Source: an uncultured Alphaproteobacteria bacterium | GTDB lineage: Bacteria > Pseudomonadota > Alphaproteobacteria > UBA11222 | DNA: 64,000 bases | Reading direction: 5' to 3' | Assembly: GCA_947085465.1 (NCBI GenBank) | Contig: CAMTWQ010000014.1 | Location: forward strand, 3,904 to 67,903 | In this document: positions 1 to 8,320 of the stretch, piece by piece | How the letters are laid out: each line of letters starts with the position of its first letter | Position numbering within the stretch: the stretch's first letter is position 1 | The notes under the pieces: generated by a model | What the model was told of the DNA's origin: nothing | Databases searched by the model: none | What the model saw: the letters and a program-made list of their open reading frames with translations, nothing else | Translations under genes and position numbers: made by a program

Positions 1-73
1 CTATGTGAGCCGCATTTATGTAGCTCCCGCACGGGCCGCTCCGGTTCACGCCTATCTGAGATAGGCGCCCGGC

Positions 74-580
74 ATGTTTTTCAGCCGCATGCAAACCATC
101 GAGACCGCAGAAGGAAATGCCTCGTTTGTAAGCCGTACAGAGGTATGGAAATTGGGTTGGGAATATGTGCAGGCGCACCCGGTGTTTGGCGGCGGCGCCG
201 GACTTTATGAGCGGATATTCAAAATAGCCTCTCACAACAGCTATCTTGAAGTATTGGGGGAGATGGGTTTTCCCGGATTTGCAATGTGGCTGCTCATTGC
301 CTTTTATGCATTTGCGCTTACATTCCGGATCCGCCGCCTGTCCCGGGGCATTGTGGATTTGAGATGGGCGTATGATCTGGGGTACTATGCTCAACTGACA
401 TTTATCGGGTATTTTGTGGGTGGGCTCTTAAAAAATCATGGGCTGTTTGAGTATTATTATATGCTGATTGGCATTCTTATGGGAACTGAGACTGCAGTCC
501 GGAACTATCTAATTTCAAAAGTGTTGGAAGTGGATCACCTGGCGTCTACATCCCCGATGAAAAGGCTGGCCCAGGGCTAG
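74..580 (+). CDS. O-antigen ligase (Wzy_C/WaaL-like) family protein, C-terminal portion only; possible fragment or split gene
   Basis: 168-aa ORF. The loop motif HPVFGGGAG...ASHNSYLEVLGEMGFPG followed by hydrophobic helices matches the distal loop and last TM helices of O-antigen ligases, which are normally over 400 aa. An in-frame TAG at 62-64 blocks upstream extension. Confidence 0.5.
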   Translation: MFFSRMQTIETAEGNASFVSRTEVWKLGWEYVQAHPVFGGGAGLYERIFKIASHNSYLEVLGEMGFPGFAMWLLIAFYAFALTFRIRRLSRGIVDLRWAYDLGYYAQLTFIGYFVGGLLKNHGLFEYYYMLIGILMGTETAVRNYLISKVLEVDHLASTSPMKRLAQG

Positions 581-606
581 CGCGCGATGATTTTAGGTTT
601 GCCCAT
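577..606. repeat. partial copy of hairpin-repeat family H (left arm only)
   Basis: ATGATTTTAGGTTTGCCCAT is identical to 21955-21974 in the full H element. It starts at the CTAG that contains the stop codon of the preceding ORF. Confidence 0.55.
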
Positions 607-726
607 GTCTGAGTGGCCCGACACATAGGTAACAGAACGTACCGGACACATAGGTTACACTTTTTGCTTGCCGAACCAAGCAGGAGGTGGGGATGCCGTA
701 AACTTCGGCATATAAAGGATCAGCCT

Positions 727-1587
727 ATGGTGCAGAAAGACACGTTGGGCGCGATTGGCGGGCTGTTCCGCTATCCGGTTAAATCGCTGCGCGGCGAGGC
801 GTTGAACGATGCGCATCTGAACGCATCAGGGGTGGCCGGTGACCGTCTCTGGGCGTTTCGCGATATTGCGCGGGATGAGATCACCAGCGCCAAACGAAGC
901 CCATTGCTGTTGCAAATTGCCGCAACCTTGCTGGATGATAGCGCCTCGCCGCGCGCAAAATTATCGCTTCCCACAGGTGAAATCATCCATACTGACACGC
1001 CGGATTGCAGCGCGATCATCTCAAAGTATACCGGCAGGCGGCTTTTGCTGTCCGCTTTACGGCCCGCATCCGATAAGGCGCATTTTGCGCGATCGAAAAC
1101 CGTGCCCGCAAACGCGGCCTCTGATGCAAGAGAGGTGCTGGGGCTACTGGCGGATGAGCCGTTTCCGGATTTCTCGAAAATGCCGCGCGAAGCGATGCTG
1201 AACGCCACCTTGCCAGGCACCTATTTCGATGCGGCGGCGATACATATCATTCTGGCGTCCGAATTGAAGCAATTACATAATTCTCTGCCAGGCGCGGGGG
1301 TGGATGCGATGCGGTTCCGTCCCAATATTGTGCTGAATGATCTGGAAAACCCGTTGTCAGCAGATGATCTTGTTGGCGTGCGGATAAAAATTGGGGCTGC
1401 CGTGCTAACCGGCGATGTACTTGTCCCACGCTGTTCCATGACCACCCATACGCAAGGCGCGCTTCCAAAAGCGCCGGAAATAATGCGCTGTCTGGTGCGC
1501 GATTGGAAACATAATTTCGGTGTTTACGCCTCGGTCATTCAGGCCGGCCAAATCCGCATGGGCGATCCAGTTTCACGCCTTAACTAG
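727..1587 (+). CDS. MOSC domain-containing protein (YcbX-like)
   Basis: N-terminal motif LFRYPVKSLRGEAL...GDRLWAF (MOSC_N), then RFRPNIVL and VPRCSMTT (MOSC). Start placed at the ATG at 727 where similarity begins; the track ORF starts at 613. Confidence 0.8.
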   Translation: MVQKDTLGAIGGLFRYPVKSLRGEALNDAHLNASGVAGDRLWAFRDIARDEITSAKRSPLLLQIAATLLDDSASPRAKLSLPTGEIIHTDTPDCSAIISKYTGRRLLLSALRPASDKAHFARSKTVPANAASDAREVLGLLADEPFPDFSKMPREAMLNATLPGTYFDAAAIHIILASELKQLHNSLPGAGVDAMRFRPNIVLNDLENPLSADDLVGVRIKIGAAVLTGDVLVPRCSMTTHTQGALPKAPEIMRCLVRDWKHNFGVYASVIQAGQIRMGDPVSRLN

Positions 1588-1722
1588 AGCAATCTGCATT
1601 AAGTTCGAGTCATGAGGCTCGAACTTAATAAAGAAAATTGCTCTAGATTTTAATGTGTTAGAGCAGCTTTCCGCGATTAAGTGGAGTCGCGAAGTGACTC
1701 CACTTAATCGCGGGCTGCTCTA
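1584..1722. repeat. composite hairpin repeat: unit B (1584-1646) + linker ATTTTAATGTGT + unit A (1659-1722)
   Basis: Two imperfect palindromes, each bounded by CTAGAGC...GCTCTA(G). The whole block recurs reverse-complemented at 11702-11840. Confidence 0.9.
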
Positions 1723-1745
1723 ATGCGGCCCAATGCGCGGCGGGG

Positions 1746-1775
1746 CTTGAAATCTGGCTGTTCGATCCTACATCT
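1746..1775 (+). promoter_or_regulatory. candidate RpoH (sigma-32)-type heat-shock promoter for the Hsp20 gene
   Basis: CTTGAAA, 14 nt, then CCTACATCT, about 95 nt upstream of the Hsp20 start. This resembles the CTTGAA-N13-17-CCCCATNT consensus only approximately. Confidence 0.3.
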
Positions 1776-1869
1776 TCCAGGTCAGCGCCCATCATGGGCT
1801 GGCGCGTGAACGGTTTGGCCATAAGGCGAACCGGTGATCACATGTCGCTTCTTCAGGAGGATGTGTCCT

Positions 1870-2334
1870 ATGCGTACACTTGATTTTTCCCCGCTTTTCC
1901 GTTCCACCGTCGGTTTTGACCGGCTTGCGTCCATGCTCGACACCGCCACCCGGCTGGACGAGCAAACTCCCGCTTACCCGCCCTATAACATTGAAAAGCT
2001 TGGCGATGACGCCTACCGCATTACCATGGCGGTGGCTGGCTTTGGGCATGAGGATTTAAGCGCCGAAGTGAACGGTAACATGTTAACCATCACCGGCAAA
2101 CATGAAACAGAGCAAGGCGAGGGAAAGAAATATCTGCACCACGGCATTGCCGCGCGCGCCTTTGAGCGGAAGTTTCAATTAGCCGATCATGTCAAGATCG
2201 TCAGCGCCGAGTTGAAACATGGCTTGCTTAATCTTGATCTGGCGCGTGAGATTCCCGAGGCGATGAAGCCGCGCCGTATCGAAATTCTGACCGGTGCGAA
2301 TGATCATAGCATCATCGAGGGCAAGGCGGCCTGA
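1870..2334 (+). CDS. small heat-shock protein, Hsp20/IbpA family
   Basis: MRTLDFSPLFRSTVGFDRL...PPYNIEKLGDDAYRITMAVAGF...LTITG is a typical alpha-crystallin domain of IbpA-like sHSPs. AGGAGG lies 9 nt upstream of the ATG at 1870. Confidence 0.9.
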   Translation: MRTLDFSPLFRSTVGFDRLASMLDTATRLDEQTPAYPPYNIEKLGDDAYRITMAVAGFGHEDLSAEVNGNMLTITGKHETEQGEGKKYLHHGIAARAFERKFQLADHVKIVSAELKHGLLNLDLAREIPEAMKPRRIEILTGANDHSIIEGKAA

Positions 2335-2355
2335 CCTCTGTTACTCTAACAAATT

Positions 2356-2389
2356 CCGGGCTGCTTGTGTAAGAGCGGCCCGGATTTTG
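2356..2389 (+). terminator. putative intrinsic terminator after the Hsp20 gene
   Basis: CCGGGCTGC, a 10-nt loop, then GCGGCCCGG, followed by ATTTT. Confidence 0.45.
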
Positions 2390-2403
2390 CGCGCCTTGAA
2401 GTA

Positions 2404-2778
2404 TCAGGCGGCGGCGGCGCTATTAAACATCGCCATATCGAAATAGTCACGCCAGGCTTTGATCTTGCCATTTTCCAGTTCGAACACACCGGCTACCGGC
2501 AGCGAGATTTTCTTGCCGTCTTTATTCGTGATATGATCAATGCGCTCATTCATAACGATATTGCCCGCCGCCGCCTGATAGCGGACTTCAAATTTGACGC
2601 CGGTCATATCGCGCATCATGGCCCCAAGCACCTTGCGCACACTGGCGATGCCTATTGCCGGACGCATGGGAATATTGTGATAGACGGCGTCCTCGGTAAA
2701 AAAGCCCGCCAGTTCTTCGGCGTTGAGCCGACCCCAGGCGTCAATAAAATTGTTGACGATTTGTTCGTTAGTGGCCAT
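2404..2778 (-). CDS. NTF2-fold protein, limonene-1,2-epoxide hydrolase/SnoaL-like
   Basis: MATNEQIVNNFIDAWGRLNAEELAGFFTEDAVYHNIPM...WRDYFD is the LEH/SnoaL pattern. Start at the ATG at 2778, preceded by GGGAGGCGG; the track ORF extends to 2973. Confidence 0.65.
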   Translation of the reverse strand: MATNEQIVNNFIDAWGRLNAEELAGFFTEDAVYHNIPMRPAIGIASVRKVLGAMMRDMTGVKFEVRYQAAAGNIVMNERIDHITNKDGKKISLPVAGVFELENGKIKAWRDYFDMAMFNSAAAA

Positions 2779-2833
2779 TGCCGCCTCCCTGTATGGATGA
2801 GTAGAACCCTTCTTCTTCCGACAGGCTAGCGCA

Positions 2834-3400
2834 TCAGCGGGGTGTAGGGAAGTTACCGTTTTCGCCCTCAGGATTAACGAATGGGGCAAATGACGCCACA
2901 CCGCGTACTTGCCGGTAATGATTAAGCGCCCAAATAACGCTTGGGAAGGCGATCTCACCCCAGGGAATGTCATCCCAGTCGAAAAACGCCACCTCCAGGC
3001 TTTCCACCCCAGCGCTGACTTCTGGTGAGCGCAGCCGCGCCTTGTAAATTAATTGCACCTGGCTGATGCGCGGAATGTTGTACACCGCAAGCAGCGACAG
3101 AATTTCGAGTTCGGCGTTGGCCTCCTCACGCGCCTCGCGCTGCGCGCCCTGCTCGGTTGTTTCGCCTTCCTCCATGAAACCTGCGGGCAAGGTCCAAAAC
3201 CCCCGACGCGGTTCAATGGCGCGCCGGCACATCAGAATTTTCCCCTCCCATTCAGTCACCGCGCCGACGACGATTTTCGGGTTTACATAGTTCACAAACC
3301 CACATCCGTTACAAACAAGACGATCCTTGTCATCGCCGTCAGGCTTGCGCAGTGCGAAATCAATGCCGGGGGATGGGGGATGGGGCGGGGGTTTGCTCAT
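2834..3400 (-). CDS. NUDIX hydrolase with N-terminal zinc-ribbon
   Basis: CNGCGFVNYVNP zinc ribbon and Nudix box GFMEEGETTEQGAQREAREEANA. Confidence 0.85.
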   Translation of the reverse strand: MSKPPPHPPSPGIDFALRKPDGDDKDRLVCNGCGFVNYVNPKIVVGAVTEWEGKILMCRRAIEPRRGFWTLPAGFMEEGETTEQGAQREAREEANAELEILSLLAVYNIPRISQVQLIYKARLRSPEVSAGVESLEVAFFDWDDIPWGEIAFPSVIWALNHYRQVRGVASFAPFVNPEGENGNFPTPR

Positions 3401-3573
3401 GGCGCAATTTTGCACAGAGTTTGGGCAAAGGTCTAGAATGCTTCTTAGGATGGTGTTTGGAGTTTTTCCATTGCGCCAGCCGCAGGATTAAATTTATGCT
3501 GCGCGGTCGAATGAGCAGGATATGGCCGGATAAGAAGAGACAATCTCGCCGGTTATTGTGTTACAGTTGGCAT

Positions 3574-3589
3574 GACGTTAAACAACGTC
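3574..3589. promoter_or_regulatory. palindrome GACGTTaaacAACGTC, candidate MarR operator
   Basis: Perfect 6+4+6 inverted repeat 34 nt upstream of the MarR start codon. Confidence 0.25.
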
Positions 3590-3622
3590 TACGGATAAAA
3601 TAAAGCGGGGGCGCACATCACC

Positions 3623-4144
3623 ATGACGACTGCAACAAAATCAAAAAAAACTGCATCCAAAACAACGGCGAAATGCACGGCAGGTGTTAAGCGGTCGGCG
3701 CCTGTACCCGTGTTGACAAGCTCTACAGGGCATTTGTTGCGCCGCGCTGAACAGCGGGCAATGAATATCTATACCCAAGAAGTTGGGGCGGGGGGATTAA
3801 CGCCGCGTCAATATGTGCTGCTCACCGCCGTTTTAACCTATGAAGGGCAAAATCAGTCTGATTTAGTGAGCGCCACCGGCATCGACCGCAGCACGCTGGC
3901 CGAAATGATTGCACGCATGCTCGAAGCAGGAATGTTAAGCCGCGAGAGAACCAAGGATGACGCGCGCGCCAATGCGGTGAAATTGACCGCCAGCGGACGG
4001 CGGGCGTTAGCAGCGGCGGCGGCAAAAATACGCAAGGCCGAGACCCGCACCATCGCGCCGCTACCCGTGAGCAAGCGGGCGGCCTTTCTCGACGCCTTGC
4101 GCATTCTCAGCGGCGATTCAGCAAAGCGGAAAAACTCCCGCTAG
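3623..4144 (+). CDS. MarR family transcriptional regulator
   Basis: GLTPRQYVLLTAV...QSDLVSATGIDRSTLAEMIARMLEAGMLSRERTKDDARANAVKLT is a winged-HTH MarR pattern. Confidence 0.85.
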   Translation: MTTATKSKKTASKTTAKCTAGVKRSAPVPVLTSSTGHLLRRAEQRAMNIYTQEVGAGGLTPRQYVLLTAVLTYEGQNQSDLVSATGIDRSTLAEMIARMLEAGMLSRERTKDDARANAVKLTASGRRALAAAAAKIRKAETRTIAPLPVSKRAAFLDALRILSGDSAKRKNSR

Positions 4145-4259
4145 ACCATTTCTTGATCGGATTGATTCAATCCGATCAGGATAAAAATGGTATAACACAT
4201 TCAATGAGAGCCTTTCTTGTCCGGTCAGGTTGCTTCAACCTGACCGGGAAAGGCTCTAA
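4141..4259. repeat. composite hairpin repeat: unit C (4142-4194) + linker + unit D (4206-4258)
   Basis: C is TAGACCATTTC.TGATCGGATTGA/TCAATCCGATCAGG..ATGGT.TA. D is GAGCCTTTCTT.CCGGTCAGGTTG/CAACCTGACCGG.AAAGGCTC. The same C-D block occurs at 12324-12445 (inverted) and at 41073-41186. Confidence 0.9.
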
Positions 4260-4642
4260 ACAATAATGTTCAGATGGCTGCCCGGCGGCGTAATACGCAG
4301 CCGGGCGTTCGGGTTAGGCGCTTCGCGGTGAGCGGCTGAATAGAGCGGGCGGGCGGGCGGGTTGGGTTTTGTTGCAATTTCACCAATAGTGGGGTTTACA
4401 ACGGAATTTGGCCTTTTCGCATCTTCAAGACTGCCCGTCTTGGAAGCTTGACGCGGCAAGCGCCCGTCATTGCGCGCCCCAATATCTTTTGGGGCAGAGG
4501 AAGCACGTTCACGCGCTGTTGTGCTAACGGGATTGGCGTCAGGGGAAAACGCGCGCCGGGCTTCCTCCTGGGAATATTGACTGCGCAATTGCGCCGCATA
4601 GGCCTGCGCCCCAATTAAACTGGATGGATGTACCGCCGCCAT
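4256..4642 (-). CDS. hypothetical protein, low-complexity (Ala/Pro/Arg/Ser-rich)
   Basis: Only the ORF track supports this. I recognise no motif. Its stop codon is the terminal TAG of repeat unit D. Confidence 0.35.
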   Translation of the reverse strand: MAAVHPSSLIGAQAYAAQLRSQYSQEEARRAFSPDANPVSTTARERASSAPKDIGARNDGRLPRQASKTGSLEDAKRPNSVVNPTIGEIATKPNPPARPLYSAAHREAPNPNARLRITPPGSHLNIIV

Positions 4643-4721
4643 CTCGCCACTTTATCCCGTAACAACATTGAATAGCGGTGAATATAGGCAGCGGGGCTTT
4701 CTCAATCGTTAAAGTCTTTGG

Positions 4722-5180
4722 TTAATCGAGCTGGCGCAACTGCATCTGTTCGGCGGCGGAAAGCGGTGCGGGATCAGGTGCTTGTCTCCTTTGCCGGTTG
4801 CTTGACCATATGGCTGCGCCGCCAATTGCCAGCAGTACGCCCGGCCCAAGCCATAATAGCCAGGTCGCGGCCCTGAACGGCGGGCGCATCAGCACCCAAT
4901 CCCCATAGCGCGCCACCACATAGGCGCGCACCTGGTCGTCATCGTCACCGTCCGCCACGCGATCACGGACAATTTGCCGCAGATCGCGGGCAAGGGACGC
5001 ATCGGAAATTTCGATCGACTGATTCTGACACACCAGGCAGCGCAAACCGTTCATAATCAAACGGGCGCGGGCCTCCTGGCTGGCGTCCGGCAGGGCGTTG
5101 GCGTCGACTGCAATAGCGCCAGCCGGATTGCTGGAAGCCAGCAAGAACACAGTTGCGAGAACAGATAATAGCCGTTTCAT
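4722..5180 (-). CDS. ccmH: cytochrome c-type biogenesis protein CcmH
   Basis: Signal peptide MKRLLSVLATVFLLASS and the LRCLVCQNQSI motif. Start at the ATG at 5180, overlapping the ccmG stop as ATGA. Confidence 0.85.
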   Translation of the reverse strand: MKRLLSVLATVFLLASSNPAGAIAVDANALPDASQEARARLIMNGLRCLVCQNQSIEISDASLARDLRQIVRDRVADGDDDDQVRAYVVARYGDWVLMRPPFRAATWLLWLGPGVLLAIGGAAIWSSNRQRRQAPDPAPLSAAEQMQLRQLD

Positions 5181-5707
5181 TGTTTCGCGCGCTGAATGGC
5201 GGGAAGAATTTTTCCGGTTAAATCCTCCGGATACATCGGCCCTACATGTTTGAGTACAATCCGCCCCGCGCCATCGACAATGAAGGTTTCCGGTATCCCA
5301 TAGACGCCCCATTCGATCGACACCCGCCCCATCTGGTCCACCCCCACGGCGTGATAAGGATCGCCAAGCCCGGCCAAGAATTTTAGCGCATTCGCCTCTG
5401 TGTCCTTATGGTTGATGCCGATCATGCGAACACCGCCCATTTGCGCCAATTGCATCAATTGCGGATGCTCGGCCCGGCATGGGCCGCACCAGGACGCCCA
5501 CACATTGACCAGGGTAACCTGGCCTTTGGCCAGATCGGCGGCAATAAGGCCCGGCTCCTTACCCGGCAATGGCGGTAAATCCGCTGTTGGCGCCTGTTGT
5601 CCGATCAGCGCAGAGGGAATAAGGCGCGGGTTAAGCCCAAGGCCAACGAACAGAGCGATGCACAGTACAATGAACAGGCCGAGCGGTATCAGGCTGCGCC
5701 AGGTCAT
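5177..5707 (-). CDS. ccmG: thiol:disulfide oxidoreductase CcmG/DsbE
   Basis: WASWCGPC thioredoxin motif, N-terminal TM anchor, and position within the ccm operon. Confidence 0.9.
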   Translation of the reverse strand: MTWRSLIPLGLFIVLCIALFVGLGLNPRLIPSALIGQQAPTADLPPLPGKEPGLIAADLAKGQVTLVNVWASWCGPCRAEHPQLMQLAQMGGVRMIGINHKDTEANALKFLAGLGDPYHAVGVDQMGRVSIEWGVYGIPETFIVDGAGRIVLKHVGPMYPEDLTGKILPAIQRAKQ

Positions 5708-7716
5708 GGTGAGATAGCCACTTGGCCTGCAATAGAGATCGGGGGGCTAGAAACAGGCGCAGCGCGGCGTGGTGCGCCTACCCGGTGCCGCCTGTCGGAA
5801 AGACTGATTGCGCCGCCCAGCGCCATCAGAATTACGCCTGCCCATATCCATGCTTGCAGCGGCCTAAAATACAGCCGGGTTGACCACTGGTTTTCGCCCA
5901 GCGGGTCGCCGATCACGGCAAACAGATCACCGGCCAGTGTGGGATAAATCGCCGCCTCGGTCGTATCCATCGGCGGCGTGGGATAAGTGCGGGACTCAGG
6001 CGATAGAGACACAAAGTGTTCGCCGTTTCGGGTGACTTCGAAATGTCCGCGAAGCGCCATGTAATTGGGTCCAGGCGCCTGTTCGGCGCCGTCAAAGCGG
6101 TATGTATACGCCCCAACCGTGACGCTTTCGCCTGGCCGCATCAGGGTGATTTTTTCGGTCGTCCAGGCGGTGCTGGCGGTGATGCCGAGCACCACAATAC
6201 CCATGCCCCCATGCGCCATCATCGCGCCCCAACTGGCGCGGGGCACGCCCTTGGCGCGTTCCCAGCTAATGCGGGCAGAGGCCCGGAACAGCTTCACCCG
6301 CTCAGCGCCATCGGTAAGCGCGCCGCCGATCATCCATACGCCAAGGCCAATGCCAAACGCCGCAAGCACCGGCCCGCCGCGCATCACGTACCAGGCAGCG
6401 AGCGTACCCATCACAGCCAGCCCAAAAGCAAAGCGCAGCCGGGCAAGCACGCCCGGCAAATCGCCACGCTTCCACGCCATCAATGGCCCAAGCGGCATCA
6501 GTAGCAGCAGTGGAATCATCAGCGGCGCAAAGGTTGCATTATAATAAGGCGGGCCAACCGTTAGTTTGGTCTCACCGCCGCTGATTGCATCCACAAACAG
6601 CGGGTATAGGGTGCCAAGCAACACCGTGGCGCAGGCCGTCGCCAACAGCCAGTTATTCAGCACCAGCGCCGCTTCCCGGCTGATCGGCGCGAACAGCCCG
6701 CCACCCTTCATGACTGGCGCGCGCACGGCGTAGAGCATCAATGAACCGCCAACCACCAGGCATAGAAACGCCAGAATATATACCCCCCGCGCTGGATCGG
6801 TGGCGAACGCATGCACTGACGTGAGCACCCCGGAACGCACAATAAATGTGCCAAGCAGGCTCAGTGAAAATGTCAGTATCGCCAGCAATATGGTCCAGCT
6901 TTTAAGCGCGTCGCGCCGCTCGACCACAATCGCTGAATGCAGCAATGCGGTGCCCGCCAGCCAGGGCATGAACGAGGCGTTCTCGACCGGATCCCAAAAC
7001 CACCAGCCGCCCCAGCCAAGTTCGTAATACGCCCACCAGGAACCCATGGCGATGCCGATAGTGAGAAAGCACCAGGCGGCCAAAGTCCATGGCCGCACCC
7101 AGCGCGCCCATGCGGCGTCCACGCGGCCCTCGATCAGCGCGGCGACCGCAAACGAAAACGCCATCGAAAAACCGACATATCCCAGATAAAGAAACGGCGG
7201 ATGAAAGGCGAGGCCTGGATCCTGCAACAGCGGATTTAAGCCATTGCCTTCAAGCGGCGGCGGGATCAGCCGCGCGAACGGATTGGAAGTCAGCAGGGTG
7301 AACAGCAGAAAACCGACCGCTATCATCGCCTGCACGCTCAGCACCCGTGCCTGTAACGCCTGCGGCAGATTGCCGCCAAATAGCGCCACCGCCGCGCCGA
7401 ACAGCGCCAAAATCACCACCCAGAGCAACAGGCTGCCTTCGTGATTTCCCCATACGCCCGCGATCTTGTACAGCATTGGCTTGGCGGTGTGCGAATTGGT
7501 GGCCACCACGCTAAGCGAGAAATCCGACACCACAAAGCTGTAGGTAAGTGCGGCGAATGCAATAAGTAAAAATATTAACTGGCCAAGCGCGGCTGGGCGC
7601 GCCACCGCCATCAGCCGCGCTTCACCGCGCGCAGCGCCAATCAATGGCGCAATAGCCTGCGCCAGCGCCAGCATCAACGCCAGCGTCAGGGCGAAATGGC
7701 CCAGTTCAGCGATCAT
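5704..7716 (-). CDS. ccmF: cytochrome c heme lyase subunit CcmF
   Basis: [14 protein letters not shown] tryptophan-rich motif and a polytopic membrane protein of about 670 aa. Start at MIAELGHF (7716), overlapping the ccmE stop as ATGA. Confidence 0.9.
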   Translation of the reverse strand: MIAELGHFALTLALMLALAQAIAPLIGAARGEARLMAVARPAALGQLIFLLIAFAALTYSFVVSDFSLSVVATNSHTAKPMLYKIAGVWGNHEGSLLLWVVILALFGAAVALFGGNLPQALQARVLSVQAMIAVGFLLFTLLTSNPFARLIPPPLEGNGLNPLLQDPGLAFHPPFLYLGYVGFSMAFSFAVAALIEGRVDAAWARWVRPWTLAAWCFLTIGIAMGSWWAYYELGWGGWWFWDPVENASFMPWLAGTALLHSAIVVERRDALKSWTILLAILTFSLSLLGTFIVRSGVLTSVHAFATDPARGVYILAFLCLVVGGSLMLYAVRAPVMKGGGLFAPISREAALVLNNWLLATACATVLLGTLYPLFVDAISGGETKLTVGPPYYNATFAPLMIPLLLLMPLGPLMAWKRGDLPGVLARLRFAFGLAVMGTLAAWYVMRGGPVLAAFGIGLGVWMIGGALTDGAERVKLFRASARISWERAKGVPRASWGAMMAHGGMGIVVLGITASTAWTTEKITLMRPGESVTVGAYTYRFDGAEQAPGPNYMALRGHFEVTRNGEHFVSLSPESRTYPTPPMDTTEAAIYPTLAGDLFAVIGDPLGENQWSTRLYFRPLQAWIWAGVILMALGGAISLSDRRHRVGAPRRAAPVSSPPISIAGQVAISP

Positions 7717-8168
7717 TTTGCTTTTTCCATTGCGCCACCCTTCCATTGGCCGGATTTTTTCAACGCCTCGGCAACCTCGGCCGGCATGTAGTTTTCATCG
7801 TGCTTGGCCAGCACCTGGGTGGCGGTAAATACGCCATCTTCACCCAGCGCGCCCTCCGCCACCACGCCCTGCCCCTCCCGGAACATATCCGGCAACAGAC
7901 CCCGGTAACGCACCGGCAGGCTTGCCGTCAAATCGGTGACGCTGAACGTCACGCTGACTCCATCAGCGCTGCGCCGCACCGAACCCTCGCTCACCAGACC
8001 GCCAATGCGGAAAGTACGCCCGGGCGGCAATTGCTTGCTGGCCAGTTCCGAGGGCGTATAGAAAAACACCAGGGTGTCGCGCAGCGCAAACAGCACCAGC
8101 GCCGCCGCCGCGCCAAGTAAAATCATGGCGGCAGTGATCGTCAGCAGACGGCGCTGTTTGCGGGTCAT
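7713..8168 (-). CDS. ccmE: cytochrome c maturation heme chaperone CcmE
   Basis: N-terminal TM anchor and the [11 protein letters not shown] heme-binding histidine motif. Confidence 0.9.
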   Translation of the reverse strand: MTRKQRRLLTITAAMILLGAAAALVLFALRDTLVFFYTPSELASKQLPPGRTFRIGGLVSEGSVRRSADGVSVTFSVTDLTASLPVRYRGLLPDMFREGQGVVAEGALGEDGVFTATQVLAKHDENYMPAEVAEALKKSGQWKGGAMEKAK

Positions 8169-8320
8169 TGGGGGATGTCTTCCAGTTTCGCCAATAGCTG
8201 CCGCTTGTGGCGAAGCGAAGATATACTGGCCGCCGCCAGCGCCAGCAGCAGTACAAACGCCGCGCCCCAGGCGGACCAGACAAAGGCGCCATACCCGCCC
8301 ATGGCGAAAAATTCCATCAT
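8165..8320 (-). CDS. ccmD: heme exporter protein CcmD
   Basis: Not in the ORF track because it is under 60 aa. Hand translation gives [51 protein letters not shown]: one TM helix plus a basic tail. It lies between ccmC and ccmE with ATGA overlaps at both ends. Confidence 0.75.
   Translation of the reverse strand: MMEFFAMGGYGAFVWSAWGAAFVLLLALAAASISSLRHKRQLLAKLEDIPQ

Noticed and set aside
1584-1722. Possibility that the recurring hairpins form a CRISPR array.
   Set aside because: There is no regular repeat-spacer periodicity. Adjacent units belong to different families, copies occur in both orientations, clusters are scattered over 46 kb, and there are no cas genes.
1776-1869. ROSE-type RNA thermometer in the Hsp20 leader.
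   Set aside because: I could find only a 4-bp AGGA/TCCT pairing around the Shine-Dalgarno sequence. The characteristic U(U/C)GCU anti-SD hairpin is absent, so the evidence is insufficient.
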